Shown here: positions 23,504 through 36,319 of the stretch, piece by piece
Position numbering within the stretch: position 1 is the stretch's first letter
How the letters are laid out: each line of letters opens with the position of its first letter
Assembly (NCBI RefSeq): GCF_006345805.1
Contig: NC_043000.1
Coordinates: 100,688,001 to 100,752,000 of the forward strand
Source: Octopus sinensis
Taxonomy: Eukaryota
DNA length: 64,000 nt
Direction: 5' to 3'
Translations under genes and position numbers: made by a program
Notes under the pieces: model-generated
Database searches by the model: none
What the model saw: only the letters and a program-made list of their open reading frames with translations
What the model was told of the DNA's origin: nothing

Positions 23504-24440
23504 GCACAGAGACACACAGACAGACAGATAGATAGATAGATAGATAGATAGTATAGGATAGACATATATACATAGATACATACATACATATATACATACA
23601 TATATACATACATATGCATACATATATACATACATATATACATACATATACACATATGTATGTATGTATGTAGAGTGAGTTTACGTGTATCTGCGGATAC
23701 GCGTATTATGTATACATATGTTTTTATATATAAATTTGAATATCGACTAATACCGACATACGTGTCTGTAAACCGACTCTGTACTAATCCCGTACGCGCA
23801 TTTGAATGTACGTGAGATCATTGTACAAGCTATATTGATTTAAGACTGTATTTCAATTGATCTGTCTACGTATATGCATGCGTATAAAGGTATGGAGTGG
23901 AGTCGGGGTGTTAAAGATTTCTTCTGGGGTGGAGCTGCGTTTTATTTTGTTAGTTTTGTTGTGCTTGTTAACGATTTATTCCGCTTTTTTCTGTTTTATG
24001 TTTTTTATAATTTTTTTTTTTTACTTGTTTATTCATTTATTTATTTTATTTTATTTTATTTATTTATGTATTTTGTGAACGCATTTATCCTACATCTGCT
24101 CTTTACAAAAATACATCGTCTCTGTCGAATTTCAAGTTCGCCGAATTTCATCTATTTATTCCGTATTAATAGACTACCTCCCACACCCAGCCAGCTTCAC
24201 ATGCGCACACTTTATTTTTTATCATTCATGCTTCTAGTGTTGAGGCAATGTCTGCCTGTTGTCCCTGCCAATCAACCAAATAACTATGGAACCATCTCAA
24301 CAACCAGCCAACATGTCAGCTAACACCGCTAATTTCTCTTTCTCGCTTCCTACCTCTCTCTTCTTCTCATTCTCTCTCTCTCTCTCTCTCCGCGCGCTCT
24401 CTTCCCCTCTCTCTCCTCCTACTATTCTCCCTCTCTCAAT

Positions 24441-24655
24441 ATCTGTTCTTTTACTTGTTTCAGCCATTAGACTGATGCCAAACTGGAGCACCGGCTTAAA
24501 GGGATTTGATCGAAGAAATTGAATCCAGAACTTATTCTTTGCAAGCCTTGCATCGGTCTGTTTTGCCGAACCGTTAAGTTAGAAAGACATAAAAACATCG
24601 GTTGTCAAGCGATGGTGGGGTAAAGAAACACAGAAACTAAGACACACACACACAC
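24441..24655 (-). mobile_element. SINE family 1, 3' half, diverged
   Basis: ttttacttgtttcagcc...ttttgccgaaccg...ggttgtcaagcgatgg. Confidence 0.75.
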
Positions 24656-25094
24656 ATAAATATATATATCGTTGCTATTATGCATAAGCATCGTAAGTCC
24701 AAAGTGTTGCTTTTTCAGAAAACAAAGAAATAGCTTCATCATTCCATATCTTTTTACGTTAGCAACAGGTCCAGCATAACAATAATGCTTCGTTGGGTGC
24801 ATAAAATCGTAACTATATGCATGTATGGTATATATATATATATATATATAACTCCAAGAAAGTTAGGGGTTAATTTACCAATTTATATTCATGCTTTTTA
24901 TAATAATTACTGGTATCATTATATATTACTATATTTTATATCTTATATCTTATATGTAATAATATGCTATATGTATGTATGTTATTATAATTATAAATAA
25001 GTTAGCATTATTTAATGTCCAAAAATTGATGAACCACTATTGTTCTCCTCCATTTTCTTATTTGCTATATATATATATATATATTATATATATA

Positions 25095-25435
25095 TATATA
25101 TAATATACATATATATGACGAGATTCTTTAAGTTACCGTTTATCAAATCCACTCATAAGGCTTTGGCCAGCTCGAGGTTATAAGATATTTGCCTAAGGTG
25201 CCACGCAGTGGGACTGAACCCGGAACCATGTGGCTGGAAGCAAGTTTCTTTCGACACTGCCACGTCTTCGCCTATATCTCTCTTTTATCTTTTAACTTAT
25301 ATATTTGCTTCAGTCATTTGGCTGCGACCATCCTGGGGCACATCCTTGAAGGGTTTTAGTCGAATAAATTTACTCCATGACATTTCATTTCAAAGCCTGC
25401 TACCTAATCTATCGGTGTCTTTTGCCGAACCGGTT
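25095..25435 (-). mobile_element. Two diverged SINE family 1 fragments (5' half 25095-25270; 3' half 25300-25435)
   Basis: ggtgccacgcagtgggactgaacccggaaccatgtgg and cagtcatttggctgcg...ttttgccgaaccg blocks. Confidence 0.7.
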
Positions 25436-25915
25436 TTCTTCATTTGTTCACGGATCTACCTAACCAATACTTATTTTAACTGGAATTCCCCTCCCTTTCT
25501 CGACAAAATCAACTACAATAATATCATTATTCACTGTTACATCTGAGCAATCTCTCTTTCTCTGATGATGGTCTATGGAATCCTCACTTGGCATGATGTT
25601 CCAATAGCTTGGATGTTCTAAAAAATGTTGTTAGAGTTTATGTATACCGTTTTATTAAATATCTAAACTGAATGTCTTTGTCAAGTCTTTTCCAAACAGT
25701 TTGCCTTCTCATTTCTGTTTTAATTTATACATACATACATTACTATTAACCTGCTTTACTATTCAATATACGTCCATACATCTGTGCACACATGCATACG
25801 TACCCTATGACTATTTATCCATATATTATCTATCCATTAACCTAATTTCTATCGATCTAATTCATTATTATTTATGTATATTATATATTTATTTATCTAA
25901 TTAATTATTCCTCAG

Positions 25916-25973
<58 letters not shown>

Positions 25974-26119
25974 ATGTGTGTATGTGTGTGTGTGTGTGTG
26001 TGTGTGTACGTGTGTGTGTGTATAAAGCTGCGTGGCTTAATGGTTATGGGTATTCAGCATATATAACGTAATGGAGAAATACTGATAAACAATAATTGGT
26101 AACATCAGTTATTATTTTT

Positions 26120-26840
26120 TAATTAAATTCCAATAGACCGTATCCCATCTAACAGCTGTTTCTGCTTCCAATGTTATACAGTATAGCCACTGAAAATTCC
26201 GAAAATAATATTCATAATGTTTGGTAATGCATCCGATCTGGAACATGAGAGTGTATGAAATTGATGTTATTTTAACAGCTAGAAAATCCATTATCAAATT
26301 TGATACTAAATTTTGGGTTCCTAAAGATCAACCTGACTACTTTGATACATCTATGGGGATCCTCTGACTCAGTTAAAATTTCTGATTTCCTCGGTATTTA
26401 TATTCTGTCAGAAATTCCCATATTTCCTCGGTGATTTATATCGCGATGACTACCTCCTTTACCTCTAAAATATCTCTAACAAAAAAATTACATAATATTA
26501 AAAATGATATTGTTAAATTCTTTAGTAATATGGACCTAAGTATTGCCTTCCATGATGATAGAACAAAAGTTAATTTCCTTGACCTTACGCTCAACTTAAA
26601 TACAGCCTTATATTTCCCATATTATAAACCTTTAATGAATCAAAAATACATTATCATTTTTAGCAATCACCCTACTAATATAAGAAAAAATTTTGGTTAA
26701 AAACATCTCTTAGGATCTCTAAATTATCCGCAAATGTAAATGTGATTTCTATAATTCGGCCTTATATAAGGCAGGATATAAGAAACAATTTAAGTATCAT
26801 AACCATTTTGATCCTTGTTCAACCTCTAATAATCTGATAG
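26120..26840 (+). mobile_element. Penelope-like element RT fragment
   Basis: TARKSIIKFDTKFWVPKDQPDYFDTSMG, LYRDD, KVNFLDLTLNL...YKP...SNHP: PLE RT domains 4-7 and thumb, with stops. Confidence 0.75.
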
Positions 26841-26878
26841 ATAGTAATTATGCTACAAATGATGATGATGATGATGAT

Positions 26879-26917
<39 letters not shown>

Positions 26918-27015
26918 AATAATAATAATAATAATATAATAATAATAATAATATAATAATAATAATATAATAATAATAATGAATCGAAGCGATCAATAAT
27001 TTAACCATACCAGTC

Positions 27016-27135
27016 GTGACTTACAGTTTCAATATCATTTACTGTTCAATTACTGAAATATGTAATCTTAACAGAAAAATACGAAAGTTGTTGACAATGC
27101 TTAGAATGCACCACCCTAAGGCAGATATAGAACGA
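27016..27135 (+). mobile_element. R4/Dong LINE internal fragment
   Basis: TYSFNII...LNRKIRKLLTMLRMHHPKADIERL; lies just after (TAA)n. Confidence 0.7.
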
Positions 27136-27169
27136 CTATCATTATATGCATGTGTATATATATATATAT

Positions 27170-28250
27170 ACATCGTTGCTATTGTGCAAAAGTGTCGTAA
27201 TTCCAAAACGTCGCCTTTTCAGAAAACAAAACAATACTTACACCACTTCTTAGCAAAACCATTGTACTACACATTGACAATTTTTCATTTCTTGGCATCT
27301 GAAGCAGCTGAAGATACGATAGCTTGACCAGAAGAACCTGCTATTGCAAGTAAAAATAAATACTAAGGACAACAAAATAAAAAGCCACACCTTGCTTTAA
27401 ATCACCCCTATACATATCAACCCACAACCACAGAAATAATGAAGCATATAACACAATTATACAAAATCTCTCTCTGCTCACTGAAGACCCGAAAATGAAC
27501 AACATTCTAAATACACATAAACTCCTCAAATGCAAAAGACCACACAAATCACTCAAGCGGCTCCTAACAAATGCAAAACTATACTCAATACATACATTAC
27601 CAACAATTAAAAAATGCAGACGACCTAATTGTGGTATATGCCCATACCTAACTGAAGGCACATTTCAGCAAGGAGAAAAATTCTCAATTAAGACCAAATT
27701 CACATGTGCTTCCTAGAACCTTATCTATGTCCTAACCGGCTCAGGTTGTGGACACAATTATGTGGGCCAAACGACCCTTACTTTGAGAGGCAGAGTCACG
27801 CTGTATAAAGAACAGATTCGTTTTTCTCAATACAGGCAGATAGTCCTGAGCGAACATATCGACAGATGCGAAAGAAATAAAACGCCGAATTTCCATATCT
27901 TTCCATTATACCAATGCAAAGATTCAATCGTCTTACAAGAACGCCTCAACGAGAAAAATCTGTTCATACAAAAGTACAGACCACACCTTAATATACAAAC
28001 TTGGCCACTTCAAAAATTATACTGAGGAGTTAGTTGTCTCACTTGCCACCTGTTACCTCCCTTGGTCCACTCTCTAGACTCATTCTTATTTTTCAAGCAT
28101 CCAAGATGGCGAGACCCCTTTGTCACAAGAATTGATTACTTCACAATGTCTCTTGAAAAGCAAATTTAAATAGCGAAAACCGGTTGCATATCACTACATC
28201 CATAAAATATGTATATATTTTTAAATAATTTCTTTATAAAAAAGTATTAA
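27170..28250 (+). mobile_element. Penelope-like element: terminal repeat, linker zinc finger, GIY-YIG endonuclease and 3' end
   Basis: KCRRPNCGICPYL linker; FTCAS*NLIYVLTGSGCGHNYVGQT...EH...E...IQKYRPHLN (GIY-YIG); degenerate hammerhead-like motifs at both ends; 27172-27260 is related to 24665-24760. Confidence 0.85.
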
Positions 28251-28424
28251 ACTAAGTGAAACGAAGGCATTTCTCTTCCACTTTTTATATGCTTTTCCAC
28301 ATATTTTCAACCTATATATATATTCATATATATATATATAACATACATACATACATATGTATACGTGTGTCTCTGTGTGCGTCCGTGCATATTATGTATC
28401 TATATGTTTGTGTGTCTTATCGTT

Positions 28425-28600
28425 TGTGGTTGTTCCACATCACCGTTTGATAACCGGAATCGGTTAGTAGTTTCGTAAAAGAGAACGATGGAATGAGTAT
28501 CAAATAGACTTTTTAAAAAAATAATAAGTACGGGGACGAATTGTATGACCAAACCGTTCAAGGCGTTGCCCCAGCATGGCCACATTTCAATGATTGAAGC
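28425..28600 (+). mobile_element. SINE family 1, 3' half, diverged
   Basis: tttgataaccgg...aataagtacggggacg...ccccagcatggcc...gattgaagcaagtaaaa. Confidence 0.6.
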
Positions 28601-29949
28601 AAGTAAAAAAAATGAAAGATAAAATTATGTTGCATATTTTGATTAACAAGTTCGCTTCTCAATCCGATACTACTTCGCTGTATCTTGAACAGATGCCATT
28701 CTCTATAGGTCGCGACATAACTTGTTTGAAATTGAGTAGGTCGAAACCGTAAAGAAGTTATGTATGAGTGTTAAGGTTAAACCCCAAAATGAATTTGATT
28801 TTCGAATTCTGCGTCCCACAGACAATGTCGATCGTAAATAATAATAAAAGAATTCTGCGAGAAATAACTCATCTTTTAGATCGTTAACGCTTCCTCTCTC
28901 AATCTATCAGCATCAAGCTATTGTTCATTTTGTTTAACACCTCTCGTTCTGTTTACTTTCATTTCATCACAGCTATCAAGTACAAAAATATTGTTTTCTG
29001 ACTGGGTAAAATGATCAAACTTTAAACATCGGTAACATTTTTCAAAAACATTTTATGAAATATATGAATTGCAAACTCGGATTCACTGTGAAAACGTACA
29101 CCAATATAACAAATTTCAAAATTTCCACTTAATTTTAAAATTTCAAAATCTGTGATAGCGACAGATCTGTCTCATTTGTCTTTCTCTTTCACTTTCTCGC
29201 GTTAAACTTACTCACTCTATAAATGTATATCGTTCGTACTGTATGCATGAATATAAGGGATTTCAATAGGGCGATGTTTTTAAGTGCATAATGCAAAAAA
29301 AAAAAAGAAGAAGAAAGAAATTGGTCCAAAACGGTATAAGTGACGAGACAATTTATGGATCTTTTCTGCTCGGCTGCCACTTTTCACTGTCTTCAATTTT
29401 TGTTCCTATTAATTTTGTATTTGGTGTATTGGGGTAGTTTTGTATGGTAATCATTGACATTAAATTCGCAAAAGTTTTCTGAAGATTCCCCCAAAATAAT
29501 AAAAAGTTACAAGGGGTTATATGGCGTGCGTAAAGCAGAATTCCGCCAATATTTCATTTGTTTGCAGTTGACAACAGTCACGCACAGAATGACAGATTCC
29601 AAATCCGGTTTCCTGGGTAAAAATTATAAAACTTTAAAAAGTCTTTAACATTTTTAAAAGATTTTTCTGAAAAAAGTTAATTAGCCCCTGATATTCAGCA
29701 TGAAAAATTATATTAATACTTGAAATTTTAAGATTTTGATTAAACTTTAAAATTTTCACAGAAAAGATCTCATTTTATAACATACAACATATTATAACTG
29801 TTTAAATATAGAGCATACATAATATAATACATACATTTCAAAACACAGATTAATGTATATGATCCAGTATATAGTATATAATATTCATTATACGAGATAT
29901 ATATATATATGCACGTTCCAGTATAACGTATTGGAACGTGTACATCGTA

Positions 29950-30365
29950 TCTCTTTTTTACTCTTTTACTCTTTTACTCGTTTCAGTCATTTGACTGTAG
30001 CCATGCTGGAGCACCGCCTTTAACCGAGCAACTCGACCCCGGGACTTATTCTTTTGTAAGCCCAGTACTTATTCCATCGGTCTCTTTTGCCGAACCGCTA
30101 AGTAACGGGGACGTAAACACACCAGCATCGGTTGTCAAGCAGTGCTAGAGGGACAAACACAGACACACAAACACACACATGCATATATACATATACATAT
30201 ATACAACGGACTTCTTTCAGTTTCCGTCTACCAAATCCACTCACAAGGCTTTGGTCGGCCCGAGGCTATAGCAGAAGACACTTGCCCAAGATGCCACGCA
30301 GTGGGACTGAACCCGGAATCATGTGGTTGGTAAACAAGCTACTTACCACACAGCCACTCCTGCGC
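29950..30365 (-). mobile_element. SINE family 1, full-length copy
   Basis: Reverse complement of the reference copy. Confidence 0.92.
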
Positions 30366-31071
30366 ATATATTCACTAATTTCAATGAAATTCATCATTCA
30401 GCATAACAGAGGAAAATGGCGGTTATCATTAAATTAGTTTCTTATATAGTGGCGGGATATAATCGATTCAATCAATTTCAGAACGTGACTGGTATCATTT
30501 TATCGACCCTGGAAGGAAGGAAGAAAAGCATTGCAGACCTAAGTGATATTTGAATTCAGAATGTTAACATAACCGTTAATATTAGCATCAGGTGTGTTTA
30601 TTTTCAGGAATTCTTGCTAGCACCATTTGTAAAGCAATAATCTTTTCACAGAAAACTGTTTCCATTTGTTTTGATTTGTTGGTCACCACCTCTCTTCAAT
30701 TTCCTTTTTCTTTCTCTCTGTCTTTCCCACTTTCTTTCTATCTCTCCTGCTCTCTTTCCTTATTCCCCCTCTCTTCCTTTCCTGTTTATCTATTTTATTT
30801 ACTCTCTCACAAGTATCTCTTCTACAAATTGATCTTCGCTTAATATTTGACACAACACATACACACAAAAAATATCTATGATGTGTGCGTGCATGACGTA
30901 AACGCGCACACACACACATATACACACACATATATTATATGTATGCATATACATATATAATCACATACATGGATACGCACATATATGTATACATATATAT
31001 GTATATATAAGGGTGTGTACATGTACGTGTGTACATGTGTGTGTATGTGCGTGTGTGTGTGTGTGTGTTTA

Positions 31072-31277
31072 TGTCTGTCTCCCTATTACTTGATAACCGG
31101 TATTGGTTTGCTTATGCTTCCATAACTTAGTGGTTCGGCAAAAGAGGCCGGCAGAATAAATATCAAATTTAAAAACAAACAAAAACAGTAAGTGTCGGGG
31201 TAGATTTATTCGACTAAACCCTTCAAGATAGCACCCCAGCATGGCCGCAGTCCAATGACTGACACAAGTAAAAGATT
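31072..31277 (+). mobile_element. SINE family 1, 3' half
   Basis: cttgataaccgg...cttagtggttcggcaaaagag...cagcatggccgcagtccaatgactgacacaagtaaaaga. Confidence 0.75.
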
Positions 31278-31294
31278 ACACACACACATACATA

Positions 31295-31500
31295 CATCCC
31301 CTGTCAAAATTTTGACTATACACGTATTGTTGGTGATATTTTCCCTTTTCTGAACTTTTCTGTCTTCCTTCATGACAAAGAGCTACGCCCGAAACGTCAA
31401 AAACTTTCTCTTTTTATCAAGTGTCAAGCTAATATATTCCATGCACACGCCCTCTTGTATGTTATTGTTATTTTTAATGTTTGATTATTCGATTTGAATA
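31295..31500 (+). mobile_element. Penelope-type terminal repeat fragment with degenerate hammerhead-like motif
   Basis: catgacaa-agagc-tac-gccc-gaaacgtc at 31371-31398; same motif family as 33968-34010. Confidence 0.45.
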
Positions 31501-31663
31501 TATAAAATACTGGTTAGTCATTAATAGAATTTCTTTCATCATCGGATCAACTGGAACAAGACTGAACTAGAGATAAATAAAAATGACTTATTGCCTATTC
31601 TAGCAACTCGCCCCGGCTTTTCCCTCTATCTACTGGACACGTATGTGACCATATTATCTGACG

Positions 31664-32063
31664 CAATAGTTCTCAAACGGAGTGCATATAAGAATTTGGT
31701 GGTTGGGGGGAGCAGGCAAAATAGTAAATTGGGGATAGTAAATTTTTCCACGGACCCTTAAAATACTACTGTATTTTAAGGGTCCGTGGAAAAATTTTGA
31801 TTTAGAAGTATTTATTGCAGAAAACAACTCTGTTTGCTTCTCTAATATTTCGCAGAGTTCAACATGTTTTCTGCCGCTGAAATATGTTCTCTCTGAGAGT
31901 GCTATTGCAAATTTACACAAGTGAACAAGGGACAAACAAAACCGGAATGTTGAAAAATGCGTCGATAAAACTAGTTTTTAAACATAGAATGGATATCGGG
32001 GTTCAACAGAATGAAGCAGTAATCAAAGGGATCCATTTATAAAAGAATAGTTGAGAACCACTG
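31664..32063. mobile_element. hAT-type MITE (about 400 bp)
   Basis: Imperfect TIRs caatagttctcaa / ttgagaaccactg (CAGTGGTTCTCAA type); no clear 8-bp TSD; internal perfect hairpin at 31740-31797. Confidence 0.65.
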
Positions 32064-32568
32064 GTGTAAGGTATATTTTGCGAGTCAGTAGTGTGTTGTT
32101 CTTTGATAAAGATTTAATTGCTATTTCTAGCAGGTCAAGCTACCACCTTGAAGCTCTCTCGCTGGTTCGTTGCATGAGAATATCAATGGTATTACATTGC
32201 ATTAGACTCAGATATGCATTTATATTTTCTTAGTCGTGGATATCGTGACTAGATGTTACGCATATTTTTTTATTAATTATTTCATGTTACTTTTGGTCTT
32301 TTTATTTTTATATATTTGATATTTATTTTATATCTATATTCTCTTTTCTCTTTTTCAAATTCTGTGAACTAATCAATTCGAACATTAGGACAATATTTCA
32401 ATAATACAATGAAATTATATTTTTTTAGTAATAAAATCAAATAAAAGATACAATGGAATTGCAAGTGCTGAAATTTCAATCAACTAAAAACTGCCTTTTC
32501 CTAGCCACGGGGTTAACTTCGGTTTTTCAATGTGTTCAGTATGTTGGATCACTAAAGTATAGAGAGAG

Positions 32569-33030
32569 TAGGAGTGGCTGTGTGGTAAATAGCTTGCTTA
32601 CCAACCACATGGCTCCGGGTTCAGTATGGCACCTTGGGCAAGTGTCTTTTACTATAGCCTCGGGACGACCAAAGCCTTGTGAGGGGATTTGGTAGACGGA
32701 AACTGAAAGAAGCCCGTCATATATATGTATATATATATACGTGTGTGTAAATGCTTGTATGTCTATGCTTGTCCCACCAACATCGCTTGACAACCGATGC
32801 TGGTGTATTTACGTCCCCCGTAACGTAGCGGTTCGGCATAAGAGACCGATAGAATAAGTACTAAGCTTACAAAGAATAAGTCTTGTGGTCGATTTACTTG
32901 ATTAAAGGCGGTGCTCCAACATGGCCACAGTCAAATGACTGAAACAAGTAAAGGAGTAAGAGTAAAAAAGAGATACGATGTACGCGTTCCAATACGCGTT
33001 CCAATAAGTAAAAGAGTAAAGAGAGTAAAA
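32569..33030 (+). mobile_element. SINE family 1, full-length copy with extended tail
   Basis: Matches the reference copy; tail carries a 37-bp segment shared with the flank of the 29950 copy. Confidence 0.9.
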
Positions 33031-33341
33031 GAGAGAATAAGAAGAGAAAAAACAACATTAAGAAGAAGAAAAAATGGTGCGTATGAAAGCGCTTAATAGA
33101 ATGCCACGCGACATCAATGTCTACGTAGAGAATGAAATAACAGGTCAAGTAAAAGCAGCATTTGCATAGTCGTTCGACCCGTGAAGAAAAAAAGCAGCCA
33201 GATCTCAACCCGCCCCCACTCACACACACACGCACACTTCTCGAATTACAATTGCAAGCATTGATGTCATCTAGATAAAGTAGATATAAAAAAAATAAAC
33301 CAGCCTGAGGTTAAAGAAAACACCAGCACCAGCACCACCGC

Positions 33342-33395
<54 letters not shown>

Positions 33396-33450
33396 AAAGC
33401 ACCACCACCACCACCACGGCCGCTAGTAGTAGTAGTAGTAGTAGTAGTAG

Positions 33451-33485
<35 letters not shown>

Positions 33486-33864
33486 GTACCTCAAGTATTA
33501 CTATTACAGCTGAAGCGGGAGAGCTAAGATCTAAGAAGTGAATCTCTACATGTTCGCATCCGTGAGCAACATTTTTTTTTTCGAGAAGTGGGACGAATGA
33601 GATACGACTCATCATAAGACAGGTCACACTACCAAAAGAAACCTTAAAAGAATTCAAGGTAACCATTTTGTTAGGTGTGCCGTTCAGAAAGTCTCACACC
33701 CAGCAGCTTGCCCATGGCTGCTCTATATAGTCGCAGAGCCTGCTAGAAACAGCATATATAACAAGGCTGTGCCCTTTTGAATTACATAATTTTGCCACGT
33801 GGGGTATACTGAATCTCCAGTATTTTTGCTCCTTTTATATATTTTTATATTTCTCCTATATATA

Positions 33865-34070
33865 TATATATATAAAGTTAATCCAAACAAGAAAACAAAA
33901 AAGACAACAACGCGAGGAGGTGGAACAATTAAAGTATTATTAGGCGCTCAGGAAAAAAGGGAAGAAGGAGGTATGACGTTTCGAGCGGAGCTCTTCGTCG
34001 GAAACATAGGAGAAAGAAAGATCCCGAGGTGGGAGGACAACACGCGCACACACAGATAAGAAAAGAAATG
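33865..34070 (-). mobile_element. Penelope-type terminal repeat with hammerhead-like motif
   Basis: Minus strand ccgacga-a-gagc(tcc)gctc-gaaacgtc at 33975-34001 (U4 mutated to C). Confidence 0.55.
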
Positions 34071-34217
34071 TAGCAATAATTAACAGTTAGAAGTTGATCA
34101 TTAGTATTAAAAGGTTACAGTTTAATTGTAGTTAAAAACATTTACAGCTGTTTCAGTTTGTAATTTTTTAGGTAAATTTACATTTATCTCATTCCATTTA
34201 ACAAACATCAGAAAGAT

Positions 34218-34396
34218 TTAAAGTGTATCGGAGGAATAGAGACAGGAGAGAAAGAAAAAGGAAAAGAAAAAGGCAAAAAGCAAAGAAGTTCCTTAAGCCT
34301 AAAGACTTAACGAACCATTTTCCTTTTCCCTTTTTCTTTTCCTTTTCTTTTTTCTTTTCCTTTTTCTCCTGTCTATATTCCTCCGATAAACTCTAA
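34218..34396. repeat. Inverted repeat (purine arm / pyrimidine arm, about 65-75 bp)
   Basis: ttaaagtgtatcggaggaatagagacaggag... versus ...ctcctgtctatattcctccgataaactctaa. Confidence 0.85.
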
Positions 34397-34911
34397 AGGG
34401 ACTTGGAAAAGAGCAGTCTTGTCAGTTCTTTCACAAACTGTCAAATTCTTGTAAATTGTTGAAAATATATAGATGTATATATATGCATATTTGCATACAT
34501 ATAAAATGATATATATACATACATGCATAACTGCATATGTACTTACACAGAAACTTAAAAGTATACATGTGCAGGCGTATTTAATCGCATATGCACATAC
34601 ACATATACATACACACAAAGGAATATAGTATGTATTTTCTAAATTTTTGTCAAAGTGAATTACGTCTTGGTGCTGTTTTTTCTCACAGACGGTGCCCAAC
34701 TGACCCTACTATACTGTATAGTCAACAAAATCGAAAACAAACAATGCGCATGCGTGAAATTAAAAATATAAAATAACGACAATTTACCCATCGCACATTG
34801 TACGTATGTATATTTGTATATACACACACATACGCACACACACATGCATAACTTCATGTAAAATTATATACACATGTATGTATGTGTGTATTTGCATATA
34901 TATTATCAGTG

Positions 34912-35230
34912 AGGGCGCGTGGCTTAGTGGTTAGGGCATTCGGCTCATGATCGTAAGGTTGTGAGTTCGATTCCCGGCGACGCGTTGTGTCCTTGAGCAA
35001 GACACTTTATTTCACGTTGCTCCAGTCCACTCAGCTGGCAAAAATGAGTTGTACTTGTATTTCAAAGGGTCAGCCTTGTCACTCTCTGTGTCACGCTGAT
35101 TATCTCCGAGAACTACGTTAAGGGTACACGTGCCTGTGGAATGCTCAGCCATTTGCACGTTAATTTCACGAGCAAGCTGTTCCGCTGATCGTATCAGCTG
35201 GGACCCTCGTCGTCGTAACTGGCGGAGTCT
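34912..35230 (+). mobile_element. SINE family 3, full-length copy (tRNA-derived head, CORE-like block)
   Basis: A box tggcttagtgg, B box gagttcgattc, then gtgtccttgagcaagacacttt (CORE-like) and a unique tail. Confidence 0.85.
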
Positions 35231-35379
35231 TTAAGATATATTATCAATATATAACACATATAATACATATATGTATTCACATGTGCAAACATATGTACAA
35301 TGCATAATTGTTTACACACATTTATATATATAACACATGCTTGCATACCCACAGATATTGATATAGCTATGTATACAGA

Positions 35380-35464
<85 letters not shown>

Positions 35465-35572
35465 TTATACATAAGTTCATATATGCACATACATACTAAG
35501 TCATACATACGCATACCTACACAAATGCATATATAGATGCATATGTACGTACATACACAGATACATACGCAA

Positions 35573-35935
35573 GCGCAGGCGTGGCTATGTGGTAAGGAGT
35601 TTTTTCTCAACGATATCATTCTGCATCCAGTCCCACTGCGTACCACCTTGGGCACATGTCTACTATATCCCCGAGCCAACCAAAGCCTTGTAAGTCGATT
35701 TGGTAAACGGAAACTGAAAGAATCCCGTCGTATATGTATAAACGTATGTGTGTGTGTGTGTGTGTTTGTTCCACACCACTGCTTGACAGCAAGTGTTGGA
35801 GTGTTTACATCCTCACAACTTAGCGGTTCGCCACAAGACACTGATAGTATTAGTACCAGGTAAAAAAAGACAGAAACTGTGGTCGATTCTTCCGACTAAA
35901 ATTCTTTAACGTGATGCCCCGACATGGCTGCAGAA
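35573..35935 (+). mobile_element. SINE family 1, diverged full-length copy
   Basis: gcgcaggcgtggctatgtggtaag...cagtcccactgcgtaccaccttgggca...cttagcggttcg...gtcgattcttccgactaaa. Confidence 0.8.
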
Positions 35936-35946
35936 TAATAGAATAC

Positions 35947-35992
<46 letters not shown>

Positions 35993-36319
35993 ACACACAT
36001 AAACACACATGTACATACAAATATGCATCCGCAGACAGATGGCGGTGCATACATACTCACATACATACATGCATACAAACGTATTATTTACGCTGCATAC
36101 ATACTTACATATGTATAAAGAATGTATATTGACATACACAAATGTATACATGCAGACACACGTTTACGAAACATATGGTTGCGTAAAGGATGACTAAAAG
36201 AACGCATAAACCCCTTACAAATTTGCCCGCCTTTTTTATTTTTTTGTCAAAATTGTCTTTCCTTCACAGTTTTGCTACCGAACAGGTGGCTGGCCAAAAC
36301 AAATTTTGTCTGCAATTAG

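Noticed and set aside
28770-29770. Possible non-autonomous DNA transposon starting ttaaggttaaacccc
   Set aside because: Could not find a matching second TIR or TSD.
34912-34985. tRNA-like sequence with A and B boxes
   Set aside because: No proper acceptor stem; continues into a CORE-like body shared with other copies, so it is a SINE head.
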